A DNA stretch of 64,000 nucleotides from positions 1-64,000 of the forward strand of contig LXFE01003012.1 in NCBI GenBank assembly GCA_001929475.1. Reading direction: 5' to 3'. This DNA comes from Neolecta irregularis DAH-3 (Eukaryota). A program made the translations under genes and the position numbers. The notes under the pieces were generated by a model. That model did no database searches and was not told the origin of the DNA. It saw nothing but the letters and a program-made list of their open reading frames with translations. How positions within the stretch are numbered: the first letter of the stretch is position 1; every line of letters starts with the position of its first letter. Positions 24,920 to 36,648 of this stretch are shown in pieces.

Positions 24920-27527
24920 CTAAGCAAGTGAAGCTGAATAGGCAAGCGACCAAGTAAGAGACATTCCATCATCCAAGAAAGACAAGTTGAATGCTCTGTT
25001 TGCGAAGAAGTCATACGCAGCAGCCGGTTCTGCAATAGCGTAGTCAAGATACTACATTTGTCAAGAAGATCAAAAAAGTTATAACACACGAGAATTCCCT
25101 TCCATCCATCGGCAACTGAAGATATCAGCGATGCCACTTTATCGTTCCATTCATGTCGGACGAATTCCGCGCTCCGTATGTATCCCGAAATACCAGTCGT
25201 AGGTAACATATGAATCCCTAATATGCATTGCTCGAGACCCGAAAAATAGGTAGTATAATTCAATTTATTTTCAAGGAGGATTCCCGAGACATAATTCATC
25301 ACGAAAGACTTGGGTTCAATCTTATTTGTTGATCCCAGCAGCATATAACTATTCATTGAACGTTTCTGAATAGCGAGCATGAGATTGGCCCGAGCTTCCA
25401 TGACCTCATCTCCAGTAACATGCCCCCAAAGTTTCATCCCATAGTAAAAGTTGTAGTCTAGAAATTAACCCATTCGGCCACAATAAAGAACGCACCTTCG
25501 GAAGATGATTCCTCATCTTTTCCATCACCTCGAGGTGTAATACCAGCAGCCCACGAATGACCCGCAAACCAGTCAAATGATCGAAATTGCGGGAAATGAA
25601 TGTCAGATGTTGATGGGTTTGCAACATCTCGAATCAGATTGTTGACGTAATCCTTGTTATCAGATATCCAGGTTGGGTCGAGATGTCCAATAATGGCTGC
25701 TGTATGAACGAAATAACCATAGTGAAAATGATGGTCACTATAATGTCAAGAAAAAACACTCACTTGGAAAGGCACTTGAACTGAGAATTTCCAAAATCTT
25801 GTATGGTGCCATCTTTGATACCAGCTGAACTTGAGATGCCCTTCCAAGTAATATCGTAAACCAGTGGATGCTGCTGCACGTTTTGAGAAAATCTTGCAAA
25901 GGCTGCCTTAAGATTTGCCAAAAGTTTGTCAGTTAGATCTTTGTTGTTCATAATGCTGCTGACTACGAGACAAACTAATGCATATTTTTGCAAAACTTTC
26001 CCGGAAAAGTACATGCTTTGAAGATTGGATTCGTTTACAACGTCTCTTGCGGCTTCTTTTGCCGCCGCAGCCGCGATACTCTGCAGTTGCAGGTCCGAAT
26101 AACAAGCAAAAGGCCTCTTGGGGGAATATGGCATGAAGCCTACATAAACTGGAAGATCCGTTTCGGTAAAGGTAAGTCTGTTGCCAAAAAAGGCTGTCAT
26201 CGTTCCGCGTACTGTACTTACGAGCTGGAGAGGAGTCTTCAATCCCTCCGTGATTGATGCCACATGGTGAGGAAACAGGTATGTCAAAACTGGAGCGCCT
26301 CGAAGACTACAGACGACGTAATTGAAACTATAGGATCCCGAAGAGCCTCCGACGCAACCACTCAGAGTCACCCCTGTTGGATAGGATCCTGCATGAAAAT
26401 CATAGACTGCTTGTTCGACACATTCGGTGTTCAGGAAATGACCGGTATGGGTGATGGGTATTTTCGCAATCTGGATAACACCAGAGAATTCACATGACGC
26501 CTCTATAAACGAGTTATTGATGATATGGAGGTTGAAATCTATCCGGAAAGTTCCTGCATTTGGAAAGATATAAACAGCCCAAACTTTTGAATCATTCAAA
26601 TGGACAAGGTATTTGAAAGATTCCGGAGCGGAGTGTACTCTAGTAAGGGAATGAATGTGAAATGTCGAGTAGAATTGAGGCACGAGGTTTGAGTAAATGC
26701 CCGTAACAAAAGCCATTCCTTGAACGAGCGGTAGCTTAAGACTGCCGCAGTTTGCGTCGATGTTCATATTGATAGATTGTTGGGACGGCGAATCCAGAAT
26801 AAGATGACAATGATTTGCTGCGAATTCTCGGGCACTGAATCGAAGAGATGTCAAACCAACAGGACTGAAAAAGTATTCGGCATTCGCACTGGAGTTTCCT
26901 TTACCAAAGACCTCTATATTAACATGTTGAAAGCGGAAGCTGTGGTACCTTTTGGTTCTCATCGATATGTGCAACGTCAACACCAGGAGCGGTTCCATTC
27001 CCTCCTGGATGCCACCAAAGGCTGTATGGATTCGTCCAAATGGGTGTAGACTGATTAGTCGAGAGTAGATTCCCATAGAATTTGTTGGTCTGAATTGGCA
27101 GGTGACACTGTGATCCGTCAAGTCCGCGTGGTTTTATGAAATTTTCTTGGTGTGGAATTTGCGGGAGGGAGTTATTGATGGCGATAGGTAGGAAAATATC
27201 ATGGACAAATGCTGAGTTGATTCCCGACATCGCAGGTATTGAAAATGCATTCGAGTTGCCAAAACCTACAGCTTGAAATATTGTGTCCAATTGCATAGGG
27301 ATTGTTATATTGGGGGATCTAGTTGAATTATGCAAAGTAGAATGAGGACAATTGAATTTCAAATGCGAGAGATCTCCTAGTGCAGAAAGGTTGGATCGAA
27401 CTGATTCAATTGAATCTCTAGGGTCTATTTTAAGAGTCGCAGCTATAGCCTTTGTTGGATCGTCTAGCGGTTTTGCAGCCAACAAAGGAAGGCTTCGTGC
27501 AGATGAATGAACTAGACTGCGAGACAT
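24920..27527 (-). CDS. GH81 endo-1,3-beta-glucanase, tandem paralogue without evident signal peptide
   Basis: [44 protein letters not shown]; 4 introns at the same positions as its neighbour. Confidence 0.88.
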
Positions 27528-28249
27528 GTTACTTTGACTATGCCTCCTTTTCGAAACTGAAAATCAGAAGAGGAAGGATTTCTTAGTGAATTACTGGCAG
27601 AATGATTGTGGTGCAGATGTGTAGGGGAAGCTAGTATATATAGACAGCTGAAGCCAATTTATGACAGTGAATGAAAAAAGCTGGAGGTTGAATTAGCTCT
27701 CCAAAAGAATGTTGGGATAGAGTAGGAAAAATCATTCGGCTTCAATGTTCAGTATGACCTAAGAACAACTAAGGGGTGGTGCGATCCTGTGACCAATCGA
27801 AAGGGCGAAGATATGTAAACGTGAAAAACGCACCTTGAAAGATTCTATCAAATGAAAAGTCGCGAACACATTTTATCCAAATGGTTGGTTAGTAGATTTG
27901 AGGAGCTCAGGTTTATCATCCGAATTTATGTTATTATGAAAATGCTGTATAATCGAGATCAATAGATTGTATCTAATGGATAATTTTGGGAGATATTTAT
28001 CAAGGGCTTTAATTGTAGTCCGACCCAGGTCAGTCTTTGACATAACGAAGGAGCGATAGTTTTGAATAAAACAATTGCAATAATTATCTCTGTAAGCAAA
28101 TGATTTTCCATGCATATCTATTTGTGATATTATACTGGCGCTAATGTGATAATCTCCCGATTGTTTCTGCTTGATCTGGAGGTTGAGTTTATGCCACCTT
28201 ACCCATGATCCCTGCCTTTTCTGTATTTTCTAGTTAAGATTAGGGTGAG

Positions 28250-30357
28250 ATGGGAAAAGACAAAAAGACGGCAAAAGCCGAGAAAAAGGCACGGACTGCG
28301 GAAAAGGTAACAGTCGAACAAATGGAATGAAGAATATCCATCTGACTACATAAGGTAGACCCAGCGAAAGGAATCGAAAAAGACTGCCAAGACGAAGAAA
28401 AAATCTAAATTTGCAGACCATGATGTCGATATCGATGTTGTACTTCAAGATTATGCTCGTCAGGTGTGTTTGTACGCTAGATGAGACCAAGGACTAATTT
28501 GAAAAGCAAGAAAAATTCAATGAGATTACAGAAATAGTACACGACGGACCACCATCAAGACGAGTCAACGCAACTCTGGTGAATAATCCTTTTAAGAATG
28601 AATTACTTCTTTTCGGGGGAGAATTATACGATGGCAAAACTGCGACTTTTTATAATGGTTCGTGTCTCACCTGATATATTTAAACCTTTGATTTATTCAG
28701 CTATAATATCGACAAATCAGAATGGCGCAAAATCACCTCTGGGAACAGTCCCTTGCCTCGTTCAGCTCACCAACTCGTCTCTCATTCTTCCGGAATTCTT
28801 TTTCTGTTTGGCGGAGAATTCTCGTCGCCTAAACAAAAAACCTTTTATCATTATTCCGATTTTTGGTCGCTAGATCCAACGACTCGTACATGGACTCGGA
28901 TCACTACCTCTAAGAAGAATCCAAGTCCATCCGCTAGATCTGGCCACCGAATGGTATCCTGGAAGAACTTTATCATTTTATTCGGTGGATTTCAAGACAC
29001 AGGTGCTCATACCAATTATCTCGATGATTTATGGGTTCGAAGTTCCTAGTCTCATGACTAACGTCACAAGGTCTTTGATGTTCACGAATATACATGGACA
29101 AAGATCGAGTTTGCACCTCATACCCAAAGACCGGAAGCTCGAAGTGGTTTCAGCCTTCTTCCTGCGGCAGACGGAGCAGTTCTGATCGGTGGGTACTCAC
29201 GGATGAAAGAAGGCAAGAATTCGCGTGGTATTGTACACACAGATATTTGGCTCCTTCGAATGTCATCAACACTGAAGAATATTCGGTGGGAAAAAAGACG
29301 AAAACCAGGATTTGCTCCATCGTAGGTCTGCATATAATTATATATCTGCTAATTTTAGACCTCGTGTCGGATATCAGATGGTTTATCATCGAGGGCGAGG
29401 CTTGGCTTTTGGTGGTGTTTACGATTCTCTTGATGAGGAGGAGAATTTAGAAAGCACTTTCTTCAACGACCTTTACGCATATCAAACAGAGATGCACAGA
29501 TGGTATGGTCTTCAACTACGCCCGCCTCGTCAACGAACAAGAAAGATTGTCGAACACAGACGACAACGTGGAAAAGTCGCTGATGATGAGTTATTGCAAC
29601 TTCAGAAAGCCATTGAGCAATCGACGGGCTTAGATGACGATGACCTGACGGTTGATGTGAGTCAAGGTAATACTCTGCATGAAGAAATCAAATTGTCCAT
29701 GGAACTTCCCCACGAACGCTTCAACACAATGCTTGCCGTATCGAATGATGTGTTGTATATATATGGAGGTTCCTTTGAAAGTTCCCGCGAGTATACACTC
29801 GATTCGTTCCATGCCATTGATCTCGTAAAATTGGATGGTGTAAGAACTATTTGGGAAACTCCCATAGAAGAAGAGCGATGGGAAGGAAGTGCAAGTGAGA
29901 CTGAATCAGAAGACGATGAGGAAGACGATGAGGAAGAAGATGAGGAAGAAGAAGCTCTCGAGTCGGGGCACGTCCTTTCTGAAACAAGAAAAGACTCTAA
30001 ATCAACTCGAGTCGATGATCCTGGATCCAACGAACCTGTATCGACTATCGATCCTTCTCTTCCAATTCCAAAGCCATTCGAGTCACTTAAAGAGTTTTAT
30101 GACCGAACAGGTTTATCACTGCTGATTCATAGTCTAATATTCCAGCCGCAGCTTGGCTCGAGGTCGCCATGGAGAAATCCAGGTCGCGAGGCAAGGAACT
30201 TCGGAAAGACGGATTTATTCGTGCTGAGATGCACTGGTGGGATTGCCGTGAAGAAGTACGAGCATTGGAAGATAAGATGGATGAAGAAGGCGATCTTGGG
30301 ATGGGCGAAGTTGTTGAAAAGGATATCAAAACTTCGCAAATGGGCAAGAGGAGATAA
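28250..30357 (+). CDS. KEL3: Kelch-repeat protein Kel3/KLHDC4 with acidic tract, 6 introns
   Basis: LFGGE, SPLPRSAHQ, SARSGHRM, IILFGGFQD, PEARSG, HERFNTML, DE-rich tract and C-terminal KELRK. Confidence 0.9.
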
Positions 30358-30397
30358 ACAATCCGTAGTGATACATCTCGAAAAGAAGATCCAATTA

Positions 30398-30837
30398 CTA
30401 TTTTGCCGTGATCTGCTCCAGGAGATTCTGGCTCTTTTGGTCTTTGGATATAGTGCTGCCTGAAGTTGCTTTCCATAATTCGTACAACTAAAATATTAGT
30501 TCATCGGTATTATCTATAAACAACTTGGCCGATTTGCTGATCGCTCAATTTTTCGACTGCCAAAAGGTCCAACTTTGCTTCCCGCCATGATTCTCCCTCG
30601 ATCTCCTGGACATACTTCTGCAGATAAGATTCATGTATTTAATAGACTTATCTGCCATGCACTTAAAAATCTCACGACGTGACCTGGTAAAACGGTACTC
30701 TTTCTTGCTAATCTAAACTCATTTTGAATGTAAGAATCTCCCAAATGTCTCATGATCCCCGGTATGTATTTCCGGTGCGCTCTTAAAATCCGCCGATATA
30801 ATGGTATGGGGGGAAGAAGGGAGACTGGGAGGTTCAT
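30398..30837 (-). CDS. SDH7: LYR-motif succinate dehydrogenase assembly factor 3 (Sdh7/Acn9)
   Basis: LLPPIPLYRRILRAHR, LGDSYIQNEFR, FLSAWQKY, LSDQQIGQLYEL; first intron needs an AT donor. Confidence 0.88.
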
Positions 30838-30917
30838 ATTGGTTGAGGACGCGGATTGGGGCTTGTTATCCTCATCAACGAGAGTTTATGTGGTGCGAAA
30901 GAGGTATCTCTTGCTAA

Positions 30918-32141
30918 TTATTTTACTTCGTCCACGCCCCCCCATCTTCCACTTGGATCCACTCTCCCCGCACCACATTCCTCCACCTCTTCTTCAACTA
31001 GCTCCAACTCATCAGCATCCTCGCCTACTGGGTCTCCTTCGCCATCGACACCCACTACCTTCTCCATATCTTTCCCATGCCTGCCTATCGCCGTATCCTC
31101 GTCATCATACATGGCAACACTAGCACCCTCCACAGCCTCAAACTCAACGCCATCCTCCTCTTCAACATCGCCTCCTTCGTTGCCTTTTTCTAGCTCCTCC
31201 TTGCTATCATGGGCATCCAGAGCTTCAAGTCCTCTATTAGGTGCCATTGTGTCTGGATCACCTAGCACGCTGCTAAATTTAGCACTGCGAGGCTCCTTTG
31301 CCTAACACCTGCATGCCCTCGCCCACTCGCTTCCTGTCGCTCCCCTGCCCATTACCGCCCCCGCCCTCCTTGCCTGCTGCGACACCCTCATCATCCCCGG
31401 CGGCGAAAGCACTTGCAAAACCCTCCTTGCCTGTCATGCTCGCCCCCTCCGGCCCTGTAGGCTGCTGTTGCCCGCTACCCCTGTTACGCCCTTAACCCAC
31501 TACTCTGTTAAACTGCCCTGCACGGTCGCTCTGCCCTGAACCTTGCCCTGTTGTGCTTCCCTGCCTCTCTTGCCATTCCATCCATGGTGCTCCCTCCTCA
31601 ACTCCCTCACCCTCCCCTTCAGAGACTGCTGCATACCACACTACCTGTTGCTTCTCCCCAGGCTTCCCCTCTGGGGTACCTGCACTGGCATGATCCTAAG
31701 CACCTCACGATTGTCCAGCACAAGTGGTGGACTGGCCACCTTGTGCTGCTGCTCACCACCCTGCACTACTAAGTCACCATCCTTAAGGATGGGAATATGC
31801 TGAGTACTGCAAACATCACACTATGGATAAGAAAGGGGAATGGAGAAGGACACAATTGCTAGAAAGTATATTATATAAAATTCTTTATGAACATATCAAT
31901 CCTTAGAGTCTGGGAATAATTGCTATTCTACGATCTGCTACTACAAAGTCTAGCTAGTATCTCAATGTGTAATACTTTGGCATCCAGGAGAGCTGTTATT
32001 GAGGTGCATCACACCATGGTATTCACATGTTATACCTGGACTGGCCCATGGACCAGTCCATGGGCCTGGCCTGACCCTCAGAAAAGTCCAAGGGCCAGGC
32101 CTTTAAAAACGTCCATGGACTTTGGTCCATCCGCAACACTG
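30918..32141. mobile_element. Degenerate DNA-transposon relic (GC-rich, CpG-depleted distal half) ending in …CAACACTG
   Basis: Composition differs from the flanks; broken acidic/Gly-rich minus-strand frames; terminal ~120 bp resembles 44770-44863; left boundary uncertain. Confidence 0.55.
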
Positions 32142-32277
32142 GGTGTACCAAACGCGCCTGTTAGTACGTAGTATCATGATATTTCGTCAAATATATCGCT
32201 TACAAAACTGTACTTTAAAATCACGCCATTAAAATTCCACCAAGCCACATTGCGCCAATCGCCAACAATCATCCCAT

Positions 32278-33993
32278 ATGACAACTCTCGAACATTTCCT
32301 TAGTCTACAGAAAACCCTTCCGTCAACAGAAAAAGATACACCGGAATCGATTGAGTTTGAAATCATGCGGGCCCTTTTGAAATTTCTAAAGGGCGCACAT
32401 AGGACCTTTATTCTGTCAATGCCGATGGCGACGAATAAACTGCTAGGAAAGTATTTTATCTGACAAAATATAATCAGCCGACTATCAGGTTGATTAAAGC
32501 AGAGGGTCCATTAATCTATAGCCCCAAAAACATCTCGAGGTTGGAAGATATTTTACAATACCTCGATGAGACCTATGATTTTATCTACAAGCAAGGAAAA
32601 TGCAAAAACACCGGAGAATTAGTTTGGGTCACGCCTGTGGCAATAGAAGTTGCATGGGTTACCGAAGGGCATACTGATTCAACCTTTGCTCTCATTGATG
32701 TACAGATTCGGCACTCAAGAAGACATTACGGCTCTCAAAAAACGTAAAATTACCAGCGATCATACTTCTCACTCTTCAATTGCTCAAGACCTCCAGACTC
32801 TCCTGTCTTACAAGTCTGTCTTCGATATACAGCACTCACGGCACACTGAAATTGTGTCATTATTACAGAGTCCAACTGCACGAGTGAAGTTATTGTGCCA
32901 AGCCAGAAATACCGAGAAGACAATCAGACCTTTCTGTACAGCGAATAGTAAACGAGAATGTCGAATTAGAGACTGTGGAAAGATTCATTTTATACCGATT
33001 ATTAAACCTCATACGGAAACTGGTTTGGGTGATTGTAGCTATTTAAATACATGTCATAAGATGGATATCTGCAAGTATCTGCATTATGTTTTGGATGTTC
33101 CGATTGAGCAGGTATTTCTTTTTCTTATAGGGAACTATGCTGGCAGAGTCTAGCAAGCAAAAAGAGTCAAGACTAAGGATATTCAATCCGCTATTTGGTA
33201 TCAAGAACCGTTTGGAGCCCAGGCTCCGGTATGAAAACACACCCTGTTTGAGGCATTCTCTGATTCTGAAAAAGTTACCGCCTCAATGCATCAAGTGTGA
33301 TGTAGGACACAAGTTGTAACAGATAATCTGACTTGCTAGGTTCGCAAGCTTGATTTTTCAATCTTGGGCAAGTTTTCGATTGTAATGGCTGACCCGGCTT
33401 GGGATATTCATATGTCACTGCCGTATGGAACAGTCACAGACGACGAAATGACTGCTCTTCCTGTCGGCTGCCTCCAAGATGAAGGGGTGCTGATGCTTTG
33501 GGTTACTAATCGATGCATGGAACTTGCTCGAGAATGCATGTCCGCATGGGGCTACAAACGAGTTGATGAACTTGTTTGGGTCAAAATCAATCAGCTTCAA
33601 AGGTTGATTCGAACTGGGAGGACGGGTCATTGGTTGAATCATTCTAAAGAACATCTCCTCATTGGACTCAAGGGAAATCCAAGATGGCTAGAGCCGTATG
33701 TCGATGTTGATGTCGTTGTATCCGAAGTCCGAGAAACAAGTCGCAAGCCAGATGAAGTCTACGATATTGCTGAACGTTTAGCAGGAAAACACACGAGAAA
33801 ACTAGGTACACGACCTTTTTAGCATGTCTATGTACTTACTGGATTAGAGATATTTGGACGGGAACATAACATGCGAGAGGGCTGGACAACTTTGGGAAAC
33901 CAACTCCCAGGAACCATTCTCCATGAATCCGAATTGCGAAGGAAATATCTTGAGCGTTACCCAGAAGCTGCAAATACAATTATCAACAAGTAA
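32278..33993 (+). CDS. IME4: mRNA m6A methyltransferase catalytic subunit (Ime4/METTL3, MT-A70)
   Basis: CCCH fingers ([21 protein letters not shown]), [45 protein letters not shown]. Confidence 0.95.
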
Positions 33994-34169
33994 AGCATAC
34001 ATACATATATGGAAGTATTATGACTGTAATCAAGTTACAACTCTCAGCACCAACCACCAAAACTTGCTATACGGACCCTGTCACAAGTCGATACTCAGCC
34101 TCATTAGCCACCCTACAAAAAACCTCTGTTTCTCACCTACAGTCCCGCATATACTTATCTTGTTTCTAT

Positions 34170-35031
34170 ATGCCTGCAAAGTCCTCACCACCTTCGTCTA
34201 TCCGGACACTCTCTACCCGTCCTCCAAGCCTCGATTTCTCCTGTTTAAAAACCAGCACTCCTCCCACCGAAGTTGAACCGTCGAATACGCTGCTGATAAC
34301 AAATCTTCCACCAGAGCTGTTCGAAGAGGACACGTTAGCGTCGTTTCGTCAAAACTTGTCTCAGGATATTAATATCCTTAACTGGGCCCCTATCAAGAGC
34401 TTTAGCCGCATTGTATGTGTTACCGAGTCGATTGATGAAGCTATCGAGACGAGGAAAGTCCTGGATGGTATAACTATCAGTGAAAGGAGAGTCAGAGTAT
34501 ATTTTGGAGAGGTATCTGACCACCCTGCATGTCAGGTATTAACATTACCAGCATACTAAAGAAGTCGATTTAAAAGACGCTCACCTTCACCCGCCAGATC
34601 TCGATAGAAATTGGCTAGTCAGCCCTCCTGGAAGTCTACCAGTCGAATGGGAACAGATCCGAGAAGGTCCACCGAATAGGTTTACGTTACCAGAAGAATT
34701 AACATCCGCACTGGAGAAGCTTGCTTTACAGACTATTCCTACTAGTCGTCCTGTCACTCTTCAAGAACATGACCATGCCATGCCGTCGCCCCATCTATCC
34801 GAAAAGATGGGTGGTACCACCCCTGATGTAGAGCCATATCTGTCATCGACTCCTGCTTCGGCGATTACCAAACGTTCCCGTTCGTCGACTATTACTTTAC
34901 TCGAAAAGGGACAGAAAGGAAACGGGGGTCCGGGTATTACTGTTGATGATTACGATGGAGACGGAATGGAAAATCATCAAAGGATAGGTGCCATCCGAGG
35001 TACAGCCTTACCACCACTTGCTCCGAACTAA
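34170..35031 (+). CDS. RCN1: Calcipressin / regulator of calcineurin (RCAN)
   Basis: RRM-like NTLLITNL…WAPIKSFSRI…RVYFG, HLHPP…WLVSPPGS, and PxIxIT-like GPGITV near the C-terminus. Confidence 0.85.
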
Positions 35032-35199
35032 TGAAAATTCGTTGTTTTTCAAGCAGGTGGCGTCTTGGTCTGATTGTTAATCATTATGCATCATTAGAAA
35101 TAGGACAATAGTGTTTCTATGAGATCAAGTGACAAAAGGGAAAACCCAAGCCTGATTCTTGCGTACTACAATTGTTGAACCTCTTCTACCGCGTATAAT

Positions 35200-36439
35200 C
35201 TACTTCATACTGACTAGTTTAACATCAAAGATCAAAGTTGAATTTTTGGGAATTCCAGGAACTTCACGTTTTCCGTATCCCATAGCAGCTGGAACGATAA
35301 TCCGCCTTTCTCCACCAGTTGCCATCCCGGCTACTCCAATATCCCACCCTTTGATGACTTCACCTTTTCCAAGCGTGAATACAAACGGCTTGCCTTTGGT
35401 ATTGCTGTCAAAAACCTTTCCGTTCTGGAGTTTTCCAATGTATCGCATTCCAATCTAGGATTCAGAAGAACTCGTGAGCAGACACCCTTACCTTTTGACC
35501 AGCCTTGCATTGAGGCCCCTTTCCGATTTTTTGGTCCTCAGTCACAACTCCGCCTTCGTGCTTTTTAGGTTCAATAGCTGTCTTTGTTTCTTTAGAAAAT
35601 GTTACATTTTTCTTGGCAGCGGCAGTGTCTGGAGTATCTTGAACATCAGTCACGCCATTTTTCGGCTCCCCGGCGGGCACAGCAGTCCCATTATTCATCT
35701 TCAACTTTTTTTTTTCTTTTTTGCTGAGTTTTTTGGGTTCTTCGGATGCCTTCCCAGCTCCAGCTTCTGTAGTCATCAGTTCGTCGAGATCTTCAGCCTC
35801 ATCAGCAGAACGCTTCTTGTTCTTCTTGATGTGTTTAGCTTCGGCTTTCTTCTCAGGAACTTCGACGATTTCTTCAATCTTAGAGGTTCCGTCAAGATCA
35901 TCTGCTTCGTCGTCCAGATCTTCGGCGCACATATCAACTAGCTCATCGTCATCTGGGGCGAGATCATAGTCATCATCATTAGAACCCTCGCTGTCATCAT
36001 CGTCGTCGTTTGATGGGAAAAGATAGTTTCCGGTCAAGTAAATTGGAGTCTCACCGGTGTTCGCAAAAGCGACGGCCTCGTCTTCCGGGAAGGTTATATC
36101 AAGAGTTTGTTGGTAGATCTTTCAAAAATCAGTTTTGGCACTTTGGAGAAAACATACAGATCCAGGAACAAGAGTACATAGAACAAAGTCTTCAACTTCA
36201 ACACCATCATCAGAAGAATCGACTTTCTCCTTGCCATTTTCCTCTTCGTCATCATCAGAGTCTATGTCCTTCATCATTTGTCGAATGACTTTAAGAGTAG
36301 CTGGTTTTTTGCTATCTCCTTCCGACGAGATTGCCGCCATAGTCAATCTAAAAGACATAGGCATGCCACTCTCATCATGGGCAGGCACGACTTCGCCAGG
36401 AGCTACGGTTAAACCGAACATGTAAGCTGGAGTAGTCAT
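35200..36439 (-). CDS. FPR4: Nucleolar FKBP peptidyl-prolyl isomerase with nucleoplasmin-like N-domain (Fpr3/Fpr4/Fkbp39)
   Basis: [14 protein letters not shown], acidic and basic tracts; [16 protein letters not shown]…[15 protein letters not shown] domain. Confidence 0.92.
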
Positions 36440-36648
36440 TGTGATTTGTTGATAAAAGGAAATCGGAACGAAAAAAATTCACCTGGTTTGCAGGTGAACA
36501 CCAGATCAAAAATTTCTGTACATATATATAAATATACATTGAATTAATTTAAATGTAAAGTAAAAATTGTTTTAGTCCAATTTGTAATATCTATTATCGA
36601 TCACTTCACAAGTCGGTAGTAGATCATCGACCTCATGACTTTCATATT

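Noticed and set aside
29910-29952. GAA/GAT/GAG repeat tract
   Set aside because: Ordinary acidic coding tract of KEL3.
30618-30651. U12-type (minor spliceosome) explanation for the AT donor
   Set aside because: Lacks the ATATCCTT donor, the TCCTTAAC branch site and an AC end.
33391-33402. IME4 catalytic motif DPAW rather than DPPW
   Set aside because: DPAW is also the budding-yeast Ime4 motif, so it does not imply inactivity.
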